A stretch of DNA of 64,000 nucleotides from an uncultured Chloroflexia bacterium (GCA_963768655.1 CAVYIM010000006.1:64001-128000); one strand, 5' to 3'. Counted from the stretch's first letter, positions 12,767 to 25,729 are shown. Translations and numbers: made by a program. The notes: a model not told the origin generated them from the letters alone.

Positions 12767-14614
12767 ATGCGTAAACGGCTGATCAGTGTTTTGACCGTTA
12801 TGGTACTGGTAGGTGCGTGCGGCTCATCGACCAGCACTCCCACTACGGCCCCGACTATGGCCCCGACTCCGGCCCCGACTACGGCCCAGACTACGGGCCC
12901 GACTGCGGTCCCGACTCCGGCCCCGACCCTAGGCCCGGTTGTGCTGACGGGCTCGACCTACGCGCCCACGACCGCCACTCACACCGGTGGCACCGTGGTC
13001 ATCGGCGAGTCCCAGTATCCGGACACGCTGAACCCCTACTACACGGACGCCGAGACCGACTCCGAAGTCGAAGACGGCCTCTTCGACGGTCTCATCACCC
13101 TCACCAACGACCTCAAGTACGCCCCTGACATCGCCTCGAACGTTCCGACCATCGACAACGGCGGCGTCGTGATGACCAGCGCGACCACCATGGACGTCCA
13201 CTGGAACCTCAAGGCGGGCGCCGAGTGGTCCGACGGCACGCCGATCACGTGCAACGACCTCGTCGAGACGTGGCAGTGGAACATGGATCCCAACAACACC
13301 GGCCTCGTCGGTGGCACGACCGGTTGGGCGAACATCGGCGGGATCGACGGTGGGACGGGCTCCAACTGCGTGGTCCACTTCAACAAGATCCCCGCCGGCC
13401 AGACCACGGCCGTCTACGAGGGCTACCTGACCCTCATCACCCCGCTGCCGGCCGCCTACCTGAAGTCGATCTCTGTGGCCGACGCCCCGACCAAGCTCTA
13501 CCCGATGGACAACCTGTCCTCCGGCGTCTACAGCGGCCCGTACATCCCGACCCAGGCCAAGTCCGACGCGCAGATCACTTTGGTCGCCAACCCGAAGTGG
13601 GCGACGATCAGCGGTCATGCTCCCTACCTTGACTCCGTGATCTGGAAGTACTACGGCGACCCGAACTCCGAGATCGCCGGCTACAAGGCGGGCGAGATCG
13701 ACGTCGCCGAAGACCTCAACAACGGCCAGATCCCGGCCCTCGCCGGCATCGACGCCTCGCAGGAGGTCATCCACGACTCATTGACCTACGAGCTGAACGC
13801 CTACAACAACCCGCGTCTCCAGTCCGAGTACGGCAGCGACTGGACCACCATCGTCAAGGCCGTCAAGATGGCGACCGACCGCCAGCAGATCGCGGCCGGG
13901 CCCCTCGGCGGCAACGTCACGGTCACCAACAATTACATCTCGCCCCTGACCTGGTACTACAAGCAGGAACCTGCCCCACAGCCGGCCAACCCGACTGGGG
14001 CCGAGGCCCTGCTCACCGCCGCCGGCTGGACCATGGGCGCTGACGGGTACCTGGCCAAGAACGGCAAGGAGCTCAGCCTCGAGTACTGCAGCACGACGGC
14101 GCAGACCCGCGTCGACACGCTGAAGATGATCGCCTCGCAGCTCAAGGCGATCGGCATCAAGGTCACCGCCAACAACGTCAGCTCGGCTGTCATCTTCGCG
14201 TCCTGGGACCAGGCGACGGACCAGACCGACTGCAACCTCGCCCACGGCACCTTCGACGTCGCCGAGTTCGCGTGGGTCGCCCCGCTCGATCCGATGAGCG
14301 GCTACGGCGTCTACGTCTCGACCATGACGCCCCAGAACAGCCCCGGCCATGCCGGCCAGAACGACTACGGCGTCAACATCCCGGCCCTGGACCAGGCTTT
14401 CAACACCATCATGACCACGGTCGATTTCTCCGCGGTCCGCGCAGCGATGTACACGGTCCAGGACATCTACACCTCCGATCAGAACAACTACGAGCTGCCG
14501 CTCTACTACCGCAAGAACGTGTGGCTCGTGGCCCCGAGGATGCAGAACTTCACCGGCAACCCGGGTACGGGCGCCGGAGAGTGGAACATCGGGGACTGGT
14601 GGGTCACTCAGTAG
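12767..14614 (+). CDS. Peptide ABC transporter substrate-binding lipoprotein (family 5)
   Basis: Lipobox VGAC, Pro/Thr linker, WSDGTPIT and SGPY motifs. Confidence 0.9.
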   Translation: MRKRLISVLTVMVLVGACGSSTSTPTTAPTMAPTPAPTTAQTTGPTAVPTPAPTLGPVVLTGSTYAPTTATHTGGTVVIGESQYPDTLNPYYTDAETDSEVEDGLFDGLITLTNDLKYAPDIASNVPTIDNGGVVMTSATTMDVHWNLKAGAEWSDGTPITCNDLVETWQWNMDPNNTGLVGGTTGWANIGGIDGGTGSNCVVHFNKIPAGQTTAVYEGYLTLITPLPAAYLKSISVADAPTKLYPMDNLSSGVYSGPYIPTQAKSDAQITLVANPKWATISGHAPYLDSVIWKYYGDPNSEIAGYKAGEIDVAEDLNNGQIPALAGIDASQEVIHDSLTYELNAYNNPRLQSEYGSDWTTIVKAVKMATDRQQIAAGPLGGNVTVTNNYISPLTWYYKQEPAPQPANPTGAEALLTAAGWTMGADGYLAKNGKELSLEYCSTTAQTRVDTLKMIASQLKAIGIKVTANNVSSAVIFASWDQATDQTDCNLAHGTFDVAEFAWVAPLDPMSGYGVYVSTMTPQNSPGHAGQNDYGVNIPALDQAFNTIMTTVDFSAVRAAMYTVQDIYTSDQNNYELPLYYRKNVWLVAPRMQNFTGNPGTGAGEWNIGDWWVTQ

Positions 14615-14661
14615 TCACCCGCCTGCTTTCCGAGATCGGTCGCACTGACTAGCAGTCCGTA

Positions 14662-14698
14662 GAGAGGGCGGCGAGCCCCTTTGGCACGTCGCCCTCTC
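14662..14698 (+). terminator. Stem-loop after the SBP gene (partial terminator or mRNA-stabilising hairpin)
   Basis: GAGAGGGCGGCG...CGTCGCCCTCTC inverted repeat. Confidence 0.6.
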
Positions 14699-14720
14699 GC
14701 TTATACGTAGGGATTGCCGG

Positions 14721-15821
14721 ATGCTCAAATACATCGTCAGACGGCTGATCCAGGCGATCCCGGTCCTGATCGGGATCACCCTGGTCACGTTCCTGCTCAT
14801 GCACCTCCAGCCGGGCAATCCGACCGACAAGTTCATGCAGAACCCGAAGGTCACCGCCGACCAGATAGCGGCCTTCGAGCATCGCTGGGGCCTTCTCGAC
14901 CCGCTCTGGCTCCAGTACCTCAAGTGGCTCGGCGTCTGGGGCGACAAGGGTTTCCTCAACTTCCTGCCCGGCGGCACCTGGCACATCTTCGGCCTTAGTC
15001 TGGCCATGCCAGGCGGTGACAACGGCGTCCTCCACGGTGACCTCGGCTACTCCATCACCGATGGACGTCCGGTGGTCGACGTGATCAGCGACCGGTTCTT
15101 CCCCACGATCATCCTGTGCTCCGTGGCCTACGCGATCTGGCTCGTGATCGCGTTCCTCGCCGGCGTCTACGCGGCCGTCCGCCGCTACGGTCTCTTCGAC
15201 TCGGGCCTCACGATCTTCAACTACGTCGGCTACTCGCTCCCCACTTTCTGGCTCGGCCTCATGCTGATCACGTTCCTCACCGGTGGGGATCCCTTCAAAT
15301 GGTTCCCCGCGAGCGGCATGTGGGACGCGCGCACGGTCCCGATCTTCGGCAGTAACGACTACTGGGCATTCGTGCTCAAGGATCCGCTGTTCGCGATGAC
15401 CGACCTGGCGCGTCATCTGGCGCTGCCCGTGCTGACCCTCGTGGTGGTCAACGTGGCCGGTGACTCCCGGTTCATCCGGTCGAGCATGCTCGACTCGCTC
15501 AACCAGGACTATGTGAAGACTGCCCGGGCCAAGGGCCTGAGCGAGCGCCGTGTCATCTTCCGCCACGTTCTGCGGAACGCTCTTCTGCCGGTGCTCACCA
15601 ACGTCGGTCTCGAGATTCCGTTCCTGTTCAGCGGCGCCATCGCCACCGAGACGGTCTTCTCCTGGCCCGGCATGGGCCGCGAGTTCGTGGAGGCCGTCGG
15701 TCACACGGATTACCCCGTCCTGATGGGCATCCTCCTCGTGACTTCGGTCATCGTGGTGGCCGGGAACCTGCTGGCCGACGTGCTGTACGCGGTCGTCGAT
15801 CCCCGCGTGAAATACGACTAG
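14721..15821 (+). CDS. Peptide ABC permease (OppB/DppB-like)
   Basis: DYVKTARAKGL EAA loop and ETVFSWPGMG. Confidence 0.9.
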   Translation: MLKYIVRRLIQAIPVLIGITLVTFLLMHLQPGNPTDKFMQNPKVTADQIAAFEHRWGLLDPLWLQYLKWLGVWGDKGFLNFLPGGTWHIFGLSLAMPGGDNGVLHGDLGYSITDGRPVVDVISDRFFPTIILCSVAYAIWLVIAFLAGVYAAVRRYGLFDSGLTIFNYVGYSLPTFWLGLMLITFLTGGDPFKWFPASGMWDARTVPIFGSNDYWAFVLKDPLFAMTDLARHLALPVLTLVVVNVAGDSRFIRSSMLDSLNQDYVKTARAKGLSERRVIFRHVLRNALLPVLTNVGLEIPFLFSGAIATETVFSWPGMGREFVEAVGHTDYPVLMGILLVTSVIVVAGNLLADVLYAVVDPRVKYD

Positions 15822-15829
15822 GACGGGAT

Positions 15830-16798
15830 ATGGATCCACGCATCGAAGACGTTCCCGAGGCCCCGGACGCCTCCTCGCCGGACTACGAAGTAGCGCTGGT
15901 TTCCCTGAACCAGTGGCAGCTGGCCTGGCGCCGCTTTCGAAAGCACCACCTGGCCTTGATCGGGGCAGGCATCTTCCTCACAATGGTGGCGATCGGCGTG
16001 TTCGGGCCCATCCTGTTGCCGTACGACCCCACGTACGTCCCGCCGGTCACTTCGCAGTACTGTCCGGGAAGCACGACCGCCCTGGCCTTCTCGGGCTGTC
16101 CGCCCCTCACCCCCGGCCACCCGCTCGGCACCACCGGTAGCCTGCGCCTCGACCTTCTCGTCCTGGTCGTCAACGGGGCCCGCATCTCTCTCCTCATCGG
16201 AATCGGCGCGTCCGTCTTCTCGGCTATCCTGGGCACGATCGTCGGCGGCCTCGCGGGCTACTTCGGCGGCTGGCTCGACAACCTCCTGATGCGCATCGTG
16301 GATGTCATGCTCAGCATCCCGATCCTGTTCGTGATCATCGTCTGCGCCCAGTGGTTAGGCAACGGCGACTGGCGGGTCATCCTGCTGGTATTCGCCATCT
16401 TCGGCTGGCAGGGGATCGCCCGGCTCGTGCGCAGCCTCTTCCTGACGCTCCGCACCGAGGTCTTCGTCGATGCCGCGCGGGCGGTGGGGGTCGGCGACAT
16501 CCGGATCATCTTCCGTCACATCCTGCCGAATGCCGTGAGCCCGATCATCGTCGCGACCACACTCTCGATCGCCGGCGTCATCATCGGCGAGGCCTTCGTG
16601 AGCTTCATCGGCTACGGCGTCAACCCTGCGAAGACGCCGACATGGGGCAACGAGCTGAGCCAGGCTCAGGACTTCATCGCCCAGGGCAACTGGTGGTGGC
16701 CCCTCTTCCCGGGCCTTTGCATCGTCTTTACCGTACTCGGCATCAACTTCATGGGCGACGGTCTCCGAGACGCCCTCGACCCCAGGAGCCGCGAGTGA
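15830..16798 (+). CDS. Peptide ABC permease (OppC/DppC-like)
   Basis: HPLGT, GARISL, RHILPN and GDGLRDALDP. Confidence 0.9.
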   Translation: MDPRIEDVPEAPDASSPDYEVALVSLNQWQLAWRRFRKHHLALIGAGIFLTMVAIGVFGPILLPYDPTYVPPVTSQYCPGSTTALAFSGCPPLTPGHPLGTTGSLRLDLLVLVVNGARISLLIGIGASVFSAILGTIVGGLAGYFGGWLDNLLMRIVDVMLSIPILFVIIVCAQWLGNGDWRVILLVFAIFGWQGIARLVRSLFLTLRTEVFVDAARAVGVGDIRIIFRHILPNAVSPIIVATTLSIAGVIIGEAFVSFIGYGVNPAKTPTWGNELSQAQDFIAQGNWWWPLFPGLCIVFTVLGINFMGDGLRDALDPRSRE

Positions 16799-17889
16799 GT
16801 GCCCAGCAGGCGACTGCCGCCGCGCAGTCCACGTCCACCCGGACGCCCCCGCCCGACAAGATCCTGCTCGACGTCCGCGGCCTGCGGACATATTTTCACG
16901 TCATGGACGGCACGGTGAAGGCCGTCGACGGCGTCGATTTCTCGATCGCTCGCGGCGGCACTGTCGGGCTGGTTGGGGAGTCCGGCTGCGGCAAGAGCGT
17001 CACCGCCCATTCGATCATGCGCCTGATCGACATCCCGCCCGGCGAGATCGCCAGCGGGGAGGTCTGGTTCGACGGCCGCGACCTTCTCAAGCTGTCCACG
17101 GACAAGATGCGGCACGTTCGCGGCGGGGAGATCGCGATGATCTTCCAGGAGCCGATGACCAGCCTCAACCCGGTCTTCACGATCGGCGACCAGATCTCGG
17201 AGGCGGTCCTCCTTCACAACCAGACCAACAAGAAGGAGGCGATGGAGCGGTCGATAGAGTCCCTACGCCTCGTGGGTGTCTCCGCGCCGGAGCGGCGCGT
17301 GAAGCAGTACCCCCACGAGCTGTCCGGCGGGATGCGTCAGCGCGCCATGATCGCCATGGCCCTCTCGTGCAACCCGAAGCTCCTCATCGCCGATGAGCCC
17401 ACGACGGCCCTGGATGTCACGATCCAGGCCCAGATACTCGAGCTGATCAAGGAGCTGCAGGCGCGAACGGGAACGGCCCTGCTGCTGATCACGCACGACC
17501 TGGCGGTCGTGGCCGAGACGGTTCAGACCATCTCCGTGATGTACGCCGGCCGGATTGTCGAGGCGGGCGCCGTGGACCAGGTGCTGCTCAATCCGCAGCA
17601 TCCCTATACGCAGGGGCTCCTCGGCGCGATCCCCGGGGTCAAGAAGCGCGGCGAGGCGCTCTCCGTCATCAAGGGTGTCGTCCCCAACCCGTTCCGCATG
17701 CCGCCGGGCTGTAAGTTCCAGCCGCGCTGCCCGTTTGCGTGGGAGCGCTGCACCCAGTCAGAGCCGGCTTTGCTGACGACCGCGAGCGGCGCGACCTCAC
17801 GTTGCTTCCTGCATGCGCCCGAGGGAGCCAGCCGGAGGGCGGCTTTCGAGAAGGCCTCAGTCAGGACAGTCGAAAGCGCGGCCGGCTGA
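16795..17889 (+). CDS. Peptide ABC ATPase (OppD/DppD-like)
   Basis: [16 protein letters not shown] and ADEPTTALD. Confidence 0.9.
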   Translation: MSAQQATAAAQSTSTRTPPPDKILLDVRGLRTYFHVMDGTVKAVDGVDFSIARGGTVGLVGESGCGKSVTAHSIMRLIDIPPGEIASGEVWFDGRDLLKLSTDKMRHVRGGEIAMIFQEPMTSLNPVFTIGDQISEAVLLHNQTNKKEAMERSIESLRLVGVSAPERRVKQYPHELSGGMRQRAMIAMALSCNPKLLIADEPTTALDVTIQAQILELIKELQARTGTALLLITHDLAVVAETVQTISVMYAGRIVEAGAVDQVLLNPQHPYTQGLLGAIPGVKKRGEALSVIKGVVPNPFRMPPGCKFQPRCPFAWERCTQSEPALLTTASGATSRCFLHAPEGASRRAAFEKASVRTVESAAG

Positions 17890-17890
17890 G

Positions 17891-19042
17891 ATGAGCGACG
17901 TCTTGAACCTAACGACGCAGCCGACCGTCAAGGCTACCGAAGCGGTGGCGACCACGGCATCGTCGACGCGGGCCGAAATCCTCCTCGACGCCACACACGT
18001 GAAGAAGCACTTCCCGATCATGGGCGGCGTCCTGCGGCACCAGATCGGTAAGGTCTACGCGGTCGATGACGTGAGCCTGCAGATCTACCGCGGCGAAAAG
18101 TTCGGCCTGGTGGGGGAGTCCGGCTGCGGCAAGACGACCTTCGGGCGGACCATCCTGCGGCTGGAGCGGGCCACCGCCGGCGCGGTCTCGATGGACGGTG
18201 CGGATGTCCTCGCCCTCCAGGGCAGAGCCCTGAAGAAGATGCGACGGCGAATGCAGATCATCTTCCAGGACCCCTACGGGTCGCTGAACCCGCGGATGCC
18301 GGTCAGCGACATCATCGGCGAGGGCCTCCTGGCCCAGGCCGACAAGGAGAACGGATGGGGCACGCGATCCATCCGTGATGCGCGCGTCGGGGATTACCTG
18401 GAGGCCGTCGGCCTCAGGCGCGACTATTCGCGGCGCTACCCGCACGAGTTCTCCGGCGGCCAGCGCCAGCGGATCGGCATCGCCCGCGCCCTCGCCCTGG
18501 CGCCGGAATTCGTCGTCTGCGACGAACCCGTCTCCGCGCTTGACGTTTCGATCCAGTCGCAGATCCTGAACCTCCTGTCGGACCTGAGAACGGAGTTCAA
18601 CCTCACTTATCTATTCATTGCCCACAACCTGTCGGTCGTGCAGTATTTCTGCGATCGGGTCGGTGTGATGTACCTGGGCAAGCTGGTCGAGGTTGCCGCA
18701 ACGGACGTGCTCTACCAGAGCCCCCAGCACCCATACTCGGTGGCTCTTCTTTCGGCCATCCCGGTGCCGGATCCGCGCGTGCGGAAGAAGCGGCTCGTCC
18801 TCAGGGGCGACGTTCCATCACCGGCCAACCCGCCGTCCGGGTGCCGTTTCCATACGCGCTGCTGGCTCCGCGAGAGACTCGGCAATCCGCCGGAGTGCTC
18901 CGAAACGGAGCCGATCCTGCGGTCGGTGGGTACCGGCCATGAAGTGGCCTGTCATTTCACGGAGCAGGTGACCGCCCAGGCGGCCCAGGAGGCCGCGCAA
19001 GCACAGTCGATCATCGACACTTCCGTGGCCTCGGAGGACTGA
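17891..19042 (+). CDS. Peptide ABC ATPase (OppF/DppF-like)
   Basis: [16 protein letters not shown] and CDEPVSALD. Confidence 0.9.
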   Translation: MSDVLNLTTQPTVKATEAVATTASSTRAEILLDATHVKKHFPIMGGVLRHQIGKVYAVDDVSLQIYRGEKFGLVGESGCGKTTFGRTILRLERATAGAVSMDGADVLALQGRALKKMRRRMQIIFQDPYGSLNPRMPVSDIIGEGLLAQADKENGWGTRSIRDARVGDYLEAVGLRRDYSRRYPHEFSGGQRQRIGIARALALAPEFVVCDEPVSALDVSIQSQILNLLSDLRTEFNLTYLFIAHNLSVVQYFCDRVGVMYLGKLVEVAATDVLYQSPQHPYSVALLSAIPVPDPRVRKKRLVLRGDVPSPANPPSGCRFHTRCWLRERLGNPPECSETEPILRSVGTGHEVACHFTEQVTAQAAQEAAQAQSIIDTSVASED

Positions 19043-19210
19043 TCGAGTCGCAATTATCCTATGCGGAGCGACCGGTCCGATGTACGGTGATGTCAGGCCC
19101 CGGGGCGACGAACCCAGGGTTTGAATTTCACCCGGCCAGGTAGGAGGAACCCATCGCGTCTCCGGTCGCGATCGCTGCCGGTTCGCCTGATGGCGACTAC
19201 GAGGAAGGGA

Positions 19211-19372
19211 GTGGAGATAAAGCGTCTAGGCTCCTTCTTGGCCGTTGCGGCCCTGATAGCCACGGCCTGCAGCAGCAGTAGCAGCAGCTCGCCGGCCGCC
19301 CAGTCCACGGCGGTCCAGGAAGCGGCTGCGATGCGTTCCGCCGTAGACCCCGCGGTCGCGCTGCCCGACTAG
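19211..19372 (+). pseudogene. Orphan lipoprotein signal-peptide fragment, paralogous to the next SBP
   Basis: KRLGSFLAVAALIATACSSS versus KKLGSLLVIAVFAAAACSSS at 19643; the frame ends after about 50 codons. Confidence 0.5.
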
Positions 19373-19642
19373 AAGCTGCCTGAGAAACGGAGGGCTGGCT
19401 CGGGCGAGCCCGATCCGCAATACTCACGCAGGTGCGCTGCCCGAGCCCGCGGTGCAGAGTTCGGGCAAGCGGTTAGGATGAACGGGCACGCATGCGCCGC
19501 GTACGGATGGCGACCCAAATTGGCCGGTAGCGTGCGCTCGAACCCATCGGGCGCGCCGGATGAACCGGATCGGGAAGGCCCAGCGATCGCGACTCGGAGT
19601 CGGGATCGTTTCCCACGTTGACGCACACTGGAAGGAGAGGAT

Positions 19643-21386
19643 ATGAGGAAGAAGCTAGGCTCGTTGCTGGTCATCGCCGTTTTCGCGGCGGCGGCCTGCA
19701 GCAGCAGCGCTACGCCGGTTCCGACACAGGCCCCGACGCAGGCGCCGACGACAGCCCCGACGACGGCGCCAACGACCGCGGTCACGCCTACGCCGGCCTC
19801 CACCGCCGTCGAAGGCGGCACCATGGTGTACGCGCTGAACGGCGACATGGTCTTCGCCGATCCGTCGCTCGTCAGCGACGGCAACTCCCTGTTCGTTGAG
19901 GCCCAGGTCGTACAGGGCCTGCTCGGGCTGCAGCCCGGCACGATCAACACGGTCATCCCGGTCCTGGCCGCCGCTCTGCCCACGGTCAGCTCTGACGGTC
20001 TGACCTACACGTTCAAGCTCCGGACCGGCATCCAGTTCCAGGACGGCACGCCCTTCAACGCCGATGCCGTCGTCTACAACTACACACGCTGGCAGAACTA
20101 CCCGAAGGGCGACCTTCAGGACAACGCCTACTACTACGGCGCCGTCTTCGGCGGTTTCGGGACGAACTCCAACGTCGCCTCATTGTCTGCCCCGGACGAG
20201 CAGACCTTCGTAATTACCCTCAAGACTCCGCAGTCCAACTTCGAGCTGGCCTCGACCCTTGCCGTCTTCGGGATCCAGAGCCCGACCGCGCTCAAGACGG
20301 GCAACGCCGATACGACACCGCTGGCGAACAACAAGTACGCCCAGGGACAGCTCCCCCAGGGCCAGGACATGGTCGGCACTGGCCCGTTCATCTTCAAGGA
20401 ATGGGTTCCGGGCGACCACATCACGCTCGTAAAGAACCCCAACTACTGGGATGCCCCCAACGCGGCTCACCTTGACCAGGTCACCTTCAAGCCCGTCGGC
20501 GACTCGACGGCCACTCTGCAGGACCTTCAGTCGGGCAGCGTCGACGCGGCCTTCTCGATCTCGCCGCTGGACGTTGGGACGGCGAAGAGCTCCGGGCTGA
20601 CGATCATCGACCGCGGCGCGTCCTGCAACCAGCTCAACCTCGACATGAACCAGAGCGTCGGCGGCAAGGCGACCATCTACGCCAACAAGAACGTCCGCCT
20701 GGCGGTCTCCGAGGCTGTCAACAAGCAGAGCTACGTGAGCGCGTTTTACTCGGGCCTGGGCTCGGTGCCGACCGGCTTCATGCCGCCGGCCACCATCGGC
20801 TTCAAGGCCGAGACGCTGCCTTCCTACAGCGTCAGCCAGGCCAAGTCCGACCTGACGGCGTCCGGCGTCACCGGCTCCGCCCTGAACATCGACCTCTACT
20901 ACCCCTCCAACGTGGTCCGGCCGTACATGCCCGATCCCAAGGGCATCGCCACTGCCATCGCCAATGACCTGACCGCCGTCGGGTTCACGGTCAATCTCAA
21001 GACCGAGGACTGGCACGGCGGCTACGTCGACGACGCCACCTGCTGGTAAGTTCCCGCTCTACCTCTTCGGCTGGACCTGCGACTGGGCCGGCGCGGACAA
21101 CTTCCTCTACACGGCGTGGTTCGGCTACCAGGATGGCCAGCCCAACCCGCAGTTCGGCTGGAAGAACGACCAGGCCAATCAGGACATGCTCCAGGCGCTT
21201 CAGGCGACCACCGTGGCCGCCGCGAACACGCTGTGGGGCCAGGTTCAGGATCTCCTCGCTCAGGACCTGCCGGTGGTTCCGATCGTCAACTCTCAGCCGC
21301 CGGGAGCATACACGTCCAGGGTTCACGGGTACGTCGGCGCCAGCAACGGCATCGAGTACCTGAACACCGTCTGGCTGTCCCAGTAG
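19643..21386 (+). CDS. Peptide ABC substrate-binding lipoprotein (DppA-like), one frameshift near 21040
   Basis: Lipobox AAAC, FQDGTPFNADAV and VGTGPF. Removing one base at about 21040 continues the frame as AGKFPLYLFGW...LNTVWLSQ to the stop at 21386. Confidence 0.85.
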
Positions 21387-21442
21387 CGCCTGCCGCTGAG
21401 CGGCAACGCCGCACGGCAGGGCTGTAGAATTCGGTGAAACGG

Positions 21443-21474
21443 GCCCCCCGGGGTCGGCCAAGACCCCGGGGGGC
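21443..21474 (+). terminator. Perfect 13-bp stem-loop after the SBP gene
   Basis: GCCCCCCGGGGTC-ggccaa-GACCCCGGGGGGC. Confidence 0.7.
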
Positions 21475-21503
21475 TGTTATCAGCGGAGGGATCTCCTCAC
21501 AGC

Positions 21504-22508
21504 GTGGCCAGGTTCATCATCCGGCGCCTGCTCGTGGCAATACCGGTCCTCTTCGGGCTGTCGGTGATCTTGTTTCTTTTCCTCCGGATGCTGCCGGGCG
21601 GAGGGCCGGCCGAGGCTATCCTCGGCCAACACGCCACGCCCCAGCTGGTGGCCCAGATCACGGCTTCCGAAGGCCTCGACAAGCCGCTATATGTGCAATA
21701 CGTCAACTACGTCAGTCGGTTGCTCCATGGCGACTTCGGCGCGAGCTTCATAGACGGCCGAGAGGTCGCGGCCACGTTCCTGACCCGCTTCCCGGCCACG
21801 GTGGAGTTGACGATGGGGGCCCTCATCTTCGCCATCGGTCTGGGCATCCCACTGGGCCGGCTGGCCGCCCGGCACCCCAACAGCTGGATCGACGGCCTCG
21901 TGACCGTCATCTCCCTGTTCGGCATCTCCATCCCGGTCTTCGTCCTGGGCTACACCCTTGCCTTCATCTTCGGAGTGGAGCTCCACTGGCTGCCCACGCT
22001 CGGCCAGATCGACCCACGCCTGGACGTCGAGCCGGTCACCCATTTCGCGATCATCGACGCCATCCTGGCCGGCCACTGGTACGTCATCGACGCCGTCGCG
22101 CATCTGATATTGCCGTCGATCGCGCTGGGCACGATTCCCCTGGCGGTGTTCACCCGGATCACTCGCGCCTCGGTCATCGAGGTCAGCAACGAGGACTATG
22201 TCCGGACCGCGCGGGCGAAGGGCCTGACCGACAGGCGCGTCAACAGCCGCCACATCATGCGCAACGCCTGGCTGCCGGTGACCACCGTCATCGGCCTGGA
22301 GACCGGAGCGCTGCTGGCCGGAGCCGTGCTGACCGAGACCGTCTTCAGCTGGAACGGAGTGGGCTCCTGGGTCGTCAGTTCCATCCAGAACCACGACTAC
22401 ATCGTCGTCCAGTCTCTGATCCTCATCTTCGCCGTGATCTTCCTCACAGTGAACCTGATCGTCGACGTGGGCTACGCCTTCCTCAACCCGCGCATCAGGT
22501 ACAGCTGA
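21504..22508 (+). CDS. Peptide ABC permease (DppB-like)
   Basis: RFPATVEL and DYVRTARAKGL. Confidence 0.9.
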   Translation: MARFIIRRLLVAIPVLFGLSVILFLFLRMLPGGGPAEAILGQHATPQLVAQITASEGLDKPLYVQYVNYVSRLLHGDFGASFIDGREVAATFLTRFPATVELTMGALIFAIGLGIPLGRLAARHPNSWIDGLVTVISLFGISIPVFVLGYTLAFIFGVELHWLPTLGQIDPRLDVEPVTHFAIIDAILAGHWYVIDAVAHLILPSIALGTIPLAVFTRITRASVIEVSNEDYVRTARAKGLTDRRVNSRHIMRNAWLPVTTVIGLETGALLAGAVLTETVFSWNGVGSWVVSSIQNHDYIVVQSLILIFAVIFLTVNLIVDVGYAFLNPRIRYS

Positions 22509-22509
22509 T

Positions 22510-23403
22510 ATGGCGACCTCCGCTGGGGTGACCATCGCGCCCACCGCCCGCGTCAGCCGTGGGTTGTGGCACGACGCCTTCCGGCGCCTGATGCGCAACG
22601 GGCCGGCGATCGTGGGCCTGGTCTGCATCGCGATCTTCGTGTTCGGCGCCATCCTGGCGCCGGTCATCGCTCCGTACCCGCCCAACATGCCCGGGCAGCT
22701 GGGCAATGCCCTGCATGGCCCGAGCCTGGCCCACATCATGGGTACCGACACCCAGGGTAACGATGAGTTCAGCCGCGTCCTCTACGGCGCCCGGATCAGC
22801 CTGACCGTCGGCGTGGTCGCCGTCATCTTCGGGCTGATCGGCGGGACGACCGTCGGCGCCATCGCCGGCGGCGCGGGCGGGCTCGTGGACGGCTTCCTCA
22901 TGCGCGTCATCGACGTGCTGCTGGCGGTCCCCGGCATCCTGCTGGCCATCGGCATCGTGGCCTGGCTCGGCCACGGCGAGATCCAGATCATGCTGGCAGT
23001 GGGGATCTCCTACTCGCCCATCTTCGCCCGGCTGCTCAGGGGCAGCCTGCTGGCCCTGCGTGAGTCGGACTATGTCATCGCCGCGCGTTCCATGGGGGCG
23101 TCGCCCATCCGGATACTGCTGCGGCACATGCTGCCCAACGCTCTGACGCCACTGATCGTGCAGGCAACGCTGGCCGCCGCGACGGCCATCATCGACGTGG
23201 CCGGACTGGGCTTCCTGGGACTGGGCCCGGGCGACCCCAGGATCGCCGAGTGGGGCGAGATGCTGACCGACTCGTCGCGCTTCCTCCAGTCCGCCCCGTA
23301 CCTGATCTTCTTCCCGGGCGCCGCGATCGTCATCAGCGCCATCGGGTTCAACCTGCTGGGCGACGGGCTGCGCGAGGCGCTCGACCCGCGCCTGAAGCGC
23401 TAG
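22510..23403 (+). CDS. Peptide ABC permease (DppC-like)
   Basis: MGTD, GARISL and GDGLREALDP. Confidence 0.9.
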   Translation: MATSAGVTIAPTARVSRGLWHDAFRRLMRNGPAIVGLVCIAIFVFGAILAPVIAPYPPNMPGQLGNALHGPSLAHIMGTDTQGNDEFSRVLYGARISLTVGVVAVIFGLIGGTTVGAIAGGAGGLVDGFLMRVIDVLLAVPGILLAIGIVAWLGHGEIQIMLAVGISYSPIFARLLRGSLLALRESDYVIAARSMGASPIRILLRHMLPNALTPLIVQATLAAATAIIDVAGLGFLGLGPGDPRIAEWGEMLTDSSRFLQSAPYLIFFPGAAIVISAIGFNLLGDGLREALDPRLKR

Positions 23404-23411
23404 GGCCGGCC

Positions 23412-24484
<1,073 letters not shown>

Positions 24485-24488
<4 letters not shown>

Positions 24489-25720
24489 GCGACATGAACC
24501 CGCACCCGGTCGTGCGAACCGCAGGCCTGCCGAGCCAGATGGCCGAGCCCGGGCCGGGCGCACGTCCGCTGGTCGAGATCTCCGACCTGCGGATGTACTT
24601 CCCCATTACGCAGGGGATCCTCATCAGCCGGCACGTCGGCGACGTTCGCGCCGTCGACGGCGTCTCGCTGTCGATTCAAAAGGGCGAGACCGTCGGCCTC
24701 GTAGGCGAGTCCGGCTGCGGCAAGAGCACAGTCGGCCGCACGATCCTGCGCCTCTACCGACCGACCGGCGGCCGCATCGTCTTCGACGGCCAGGACATCA
24801 CCACCGCCGGGGGCGCGTCGCTGCGGTCCGTCCGGCGCAGGATGCAGATGATCTTCCAGGATCCGTATGCCAGCCTGAACCCGCGCATGACGGCGGCCGG
24901 AATCGTGTCGGAGCCGCTCGAGATCCACGACGTCGGAGTCAAGAGCGAGCGCCATCAGAGGGTTCGGGATCTGCTCGCGACCGTCGGCCTGGACCCGTCG
25001 TACGGCGACCGCTTCCCACACGAGTTCAGCGGCGGACAGCGCCAGCGCATCGGCGTCGCTCGAGCGCTTGCCCTCCATCCGGATCTCATCGTCGCCGACG
25101 AGCCGATCAGCGCCCTGGACGTCTCGATCCAGGCCCAGATCATCAATCTGCTCGAGCGGCTTCAGGGCGAGTTCGGACTGACCTACCTGTTCATCGCCCA
25201 CGACCTGTCCGTTGTCCGCCACATCAGCGACAGGATCGCCGTGATGTACCTGGGTCGCATCGTGGAGCTGGCCGGCTCGCGAGAGCTGTACGAGCGGCCG
25301 CTTCATCCGTACGCCGTGGCCCTTCTCTCAGCGGTGCCGATCCCCGATCCGTCGGTCGAGGGCCGCCGCCGGCGGATCATTCTCATGGGCGACGTGCCGA
25401 GCCCCTCGAACCCGCCATCCGGCTGCCACTTCCACACCCGCTGCTGGCTGCGCGAGCGGCTCGGCAACCCGGACCGCTGCGTCGCCGAGGATCCGGTCCT
25501 GCGCTCGATGAGCGGCGGCCACGAGGTTGCGTGCCACTTCGCCGAAGAGGTGGACGGCTCTGCCGAGCAGGTGCAGGTCACGGGTCGGAGCCCCGGGACA
25601 GGCGGCGTCCCGGCCGCCGGCCCGGCCACCACCGTGCCGGCGCCGCCGACTGTGCCCGCTCTGCCGGTCGCGCCCACGGCCCCCGCGGAGCAGTCGTCGC
25701 GACCCCGCGACCGGGGCTAG
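24485..25720 (+). CDS. Peptide ABC ATPase (DppF-like)
   Basis: GESGCGKS and FSGGQRQR. Confidence 0.9.
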
Positions 25721-25729
25721 ACTCAACTG

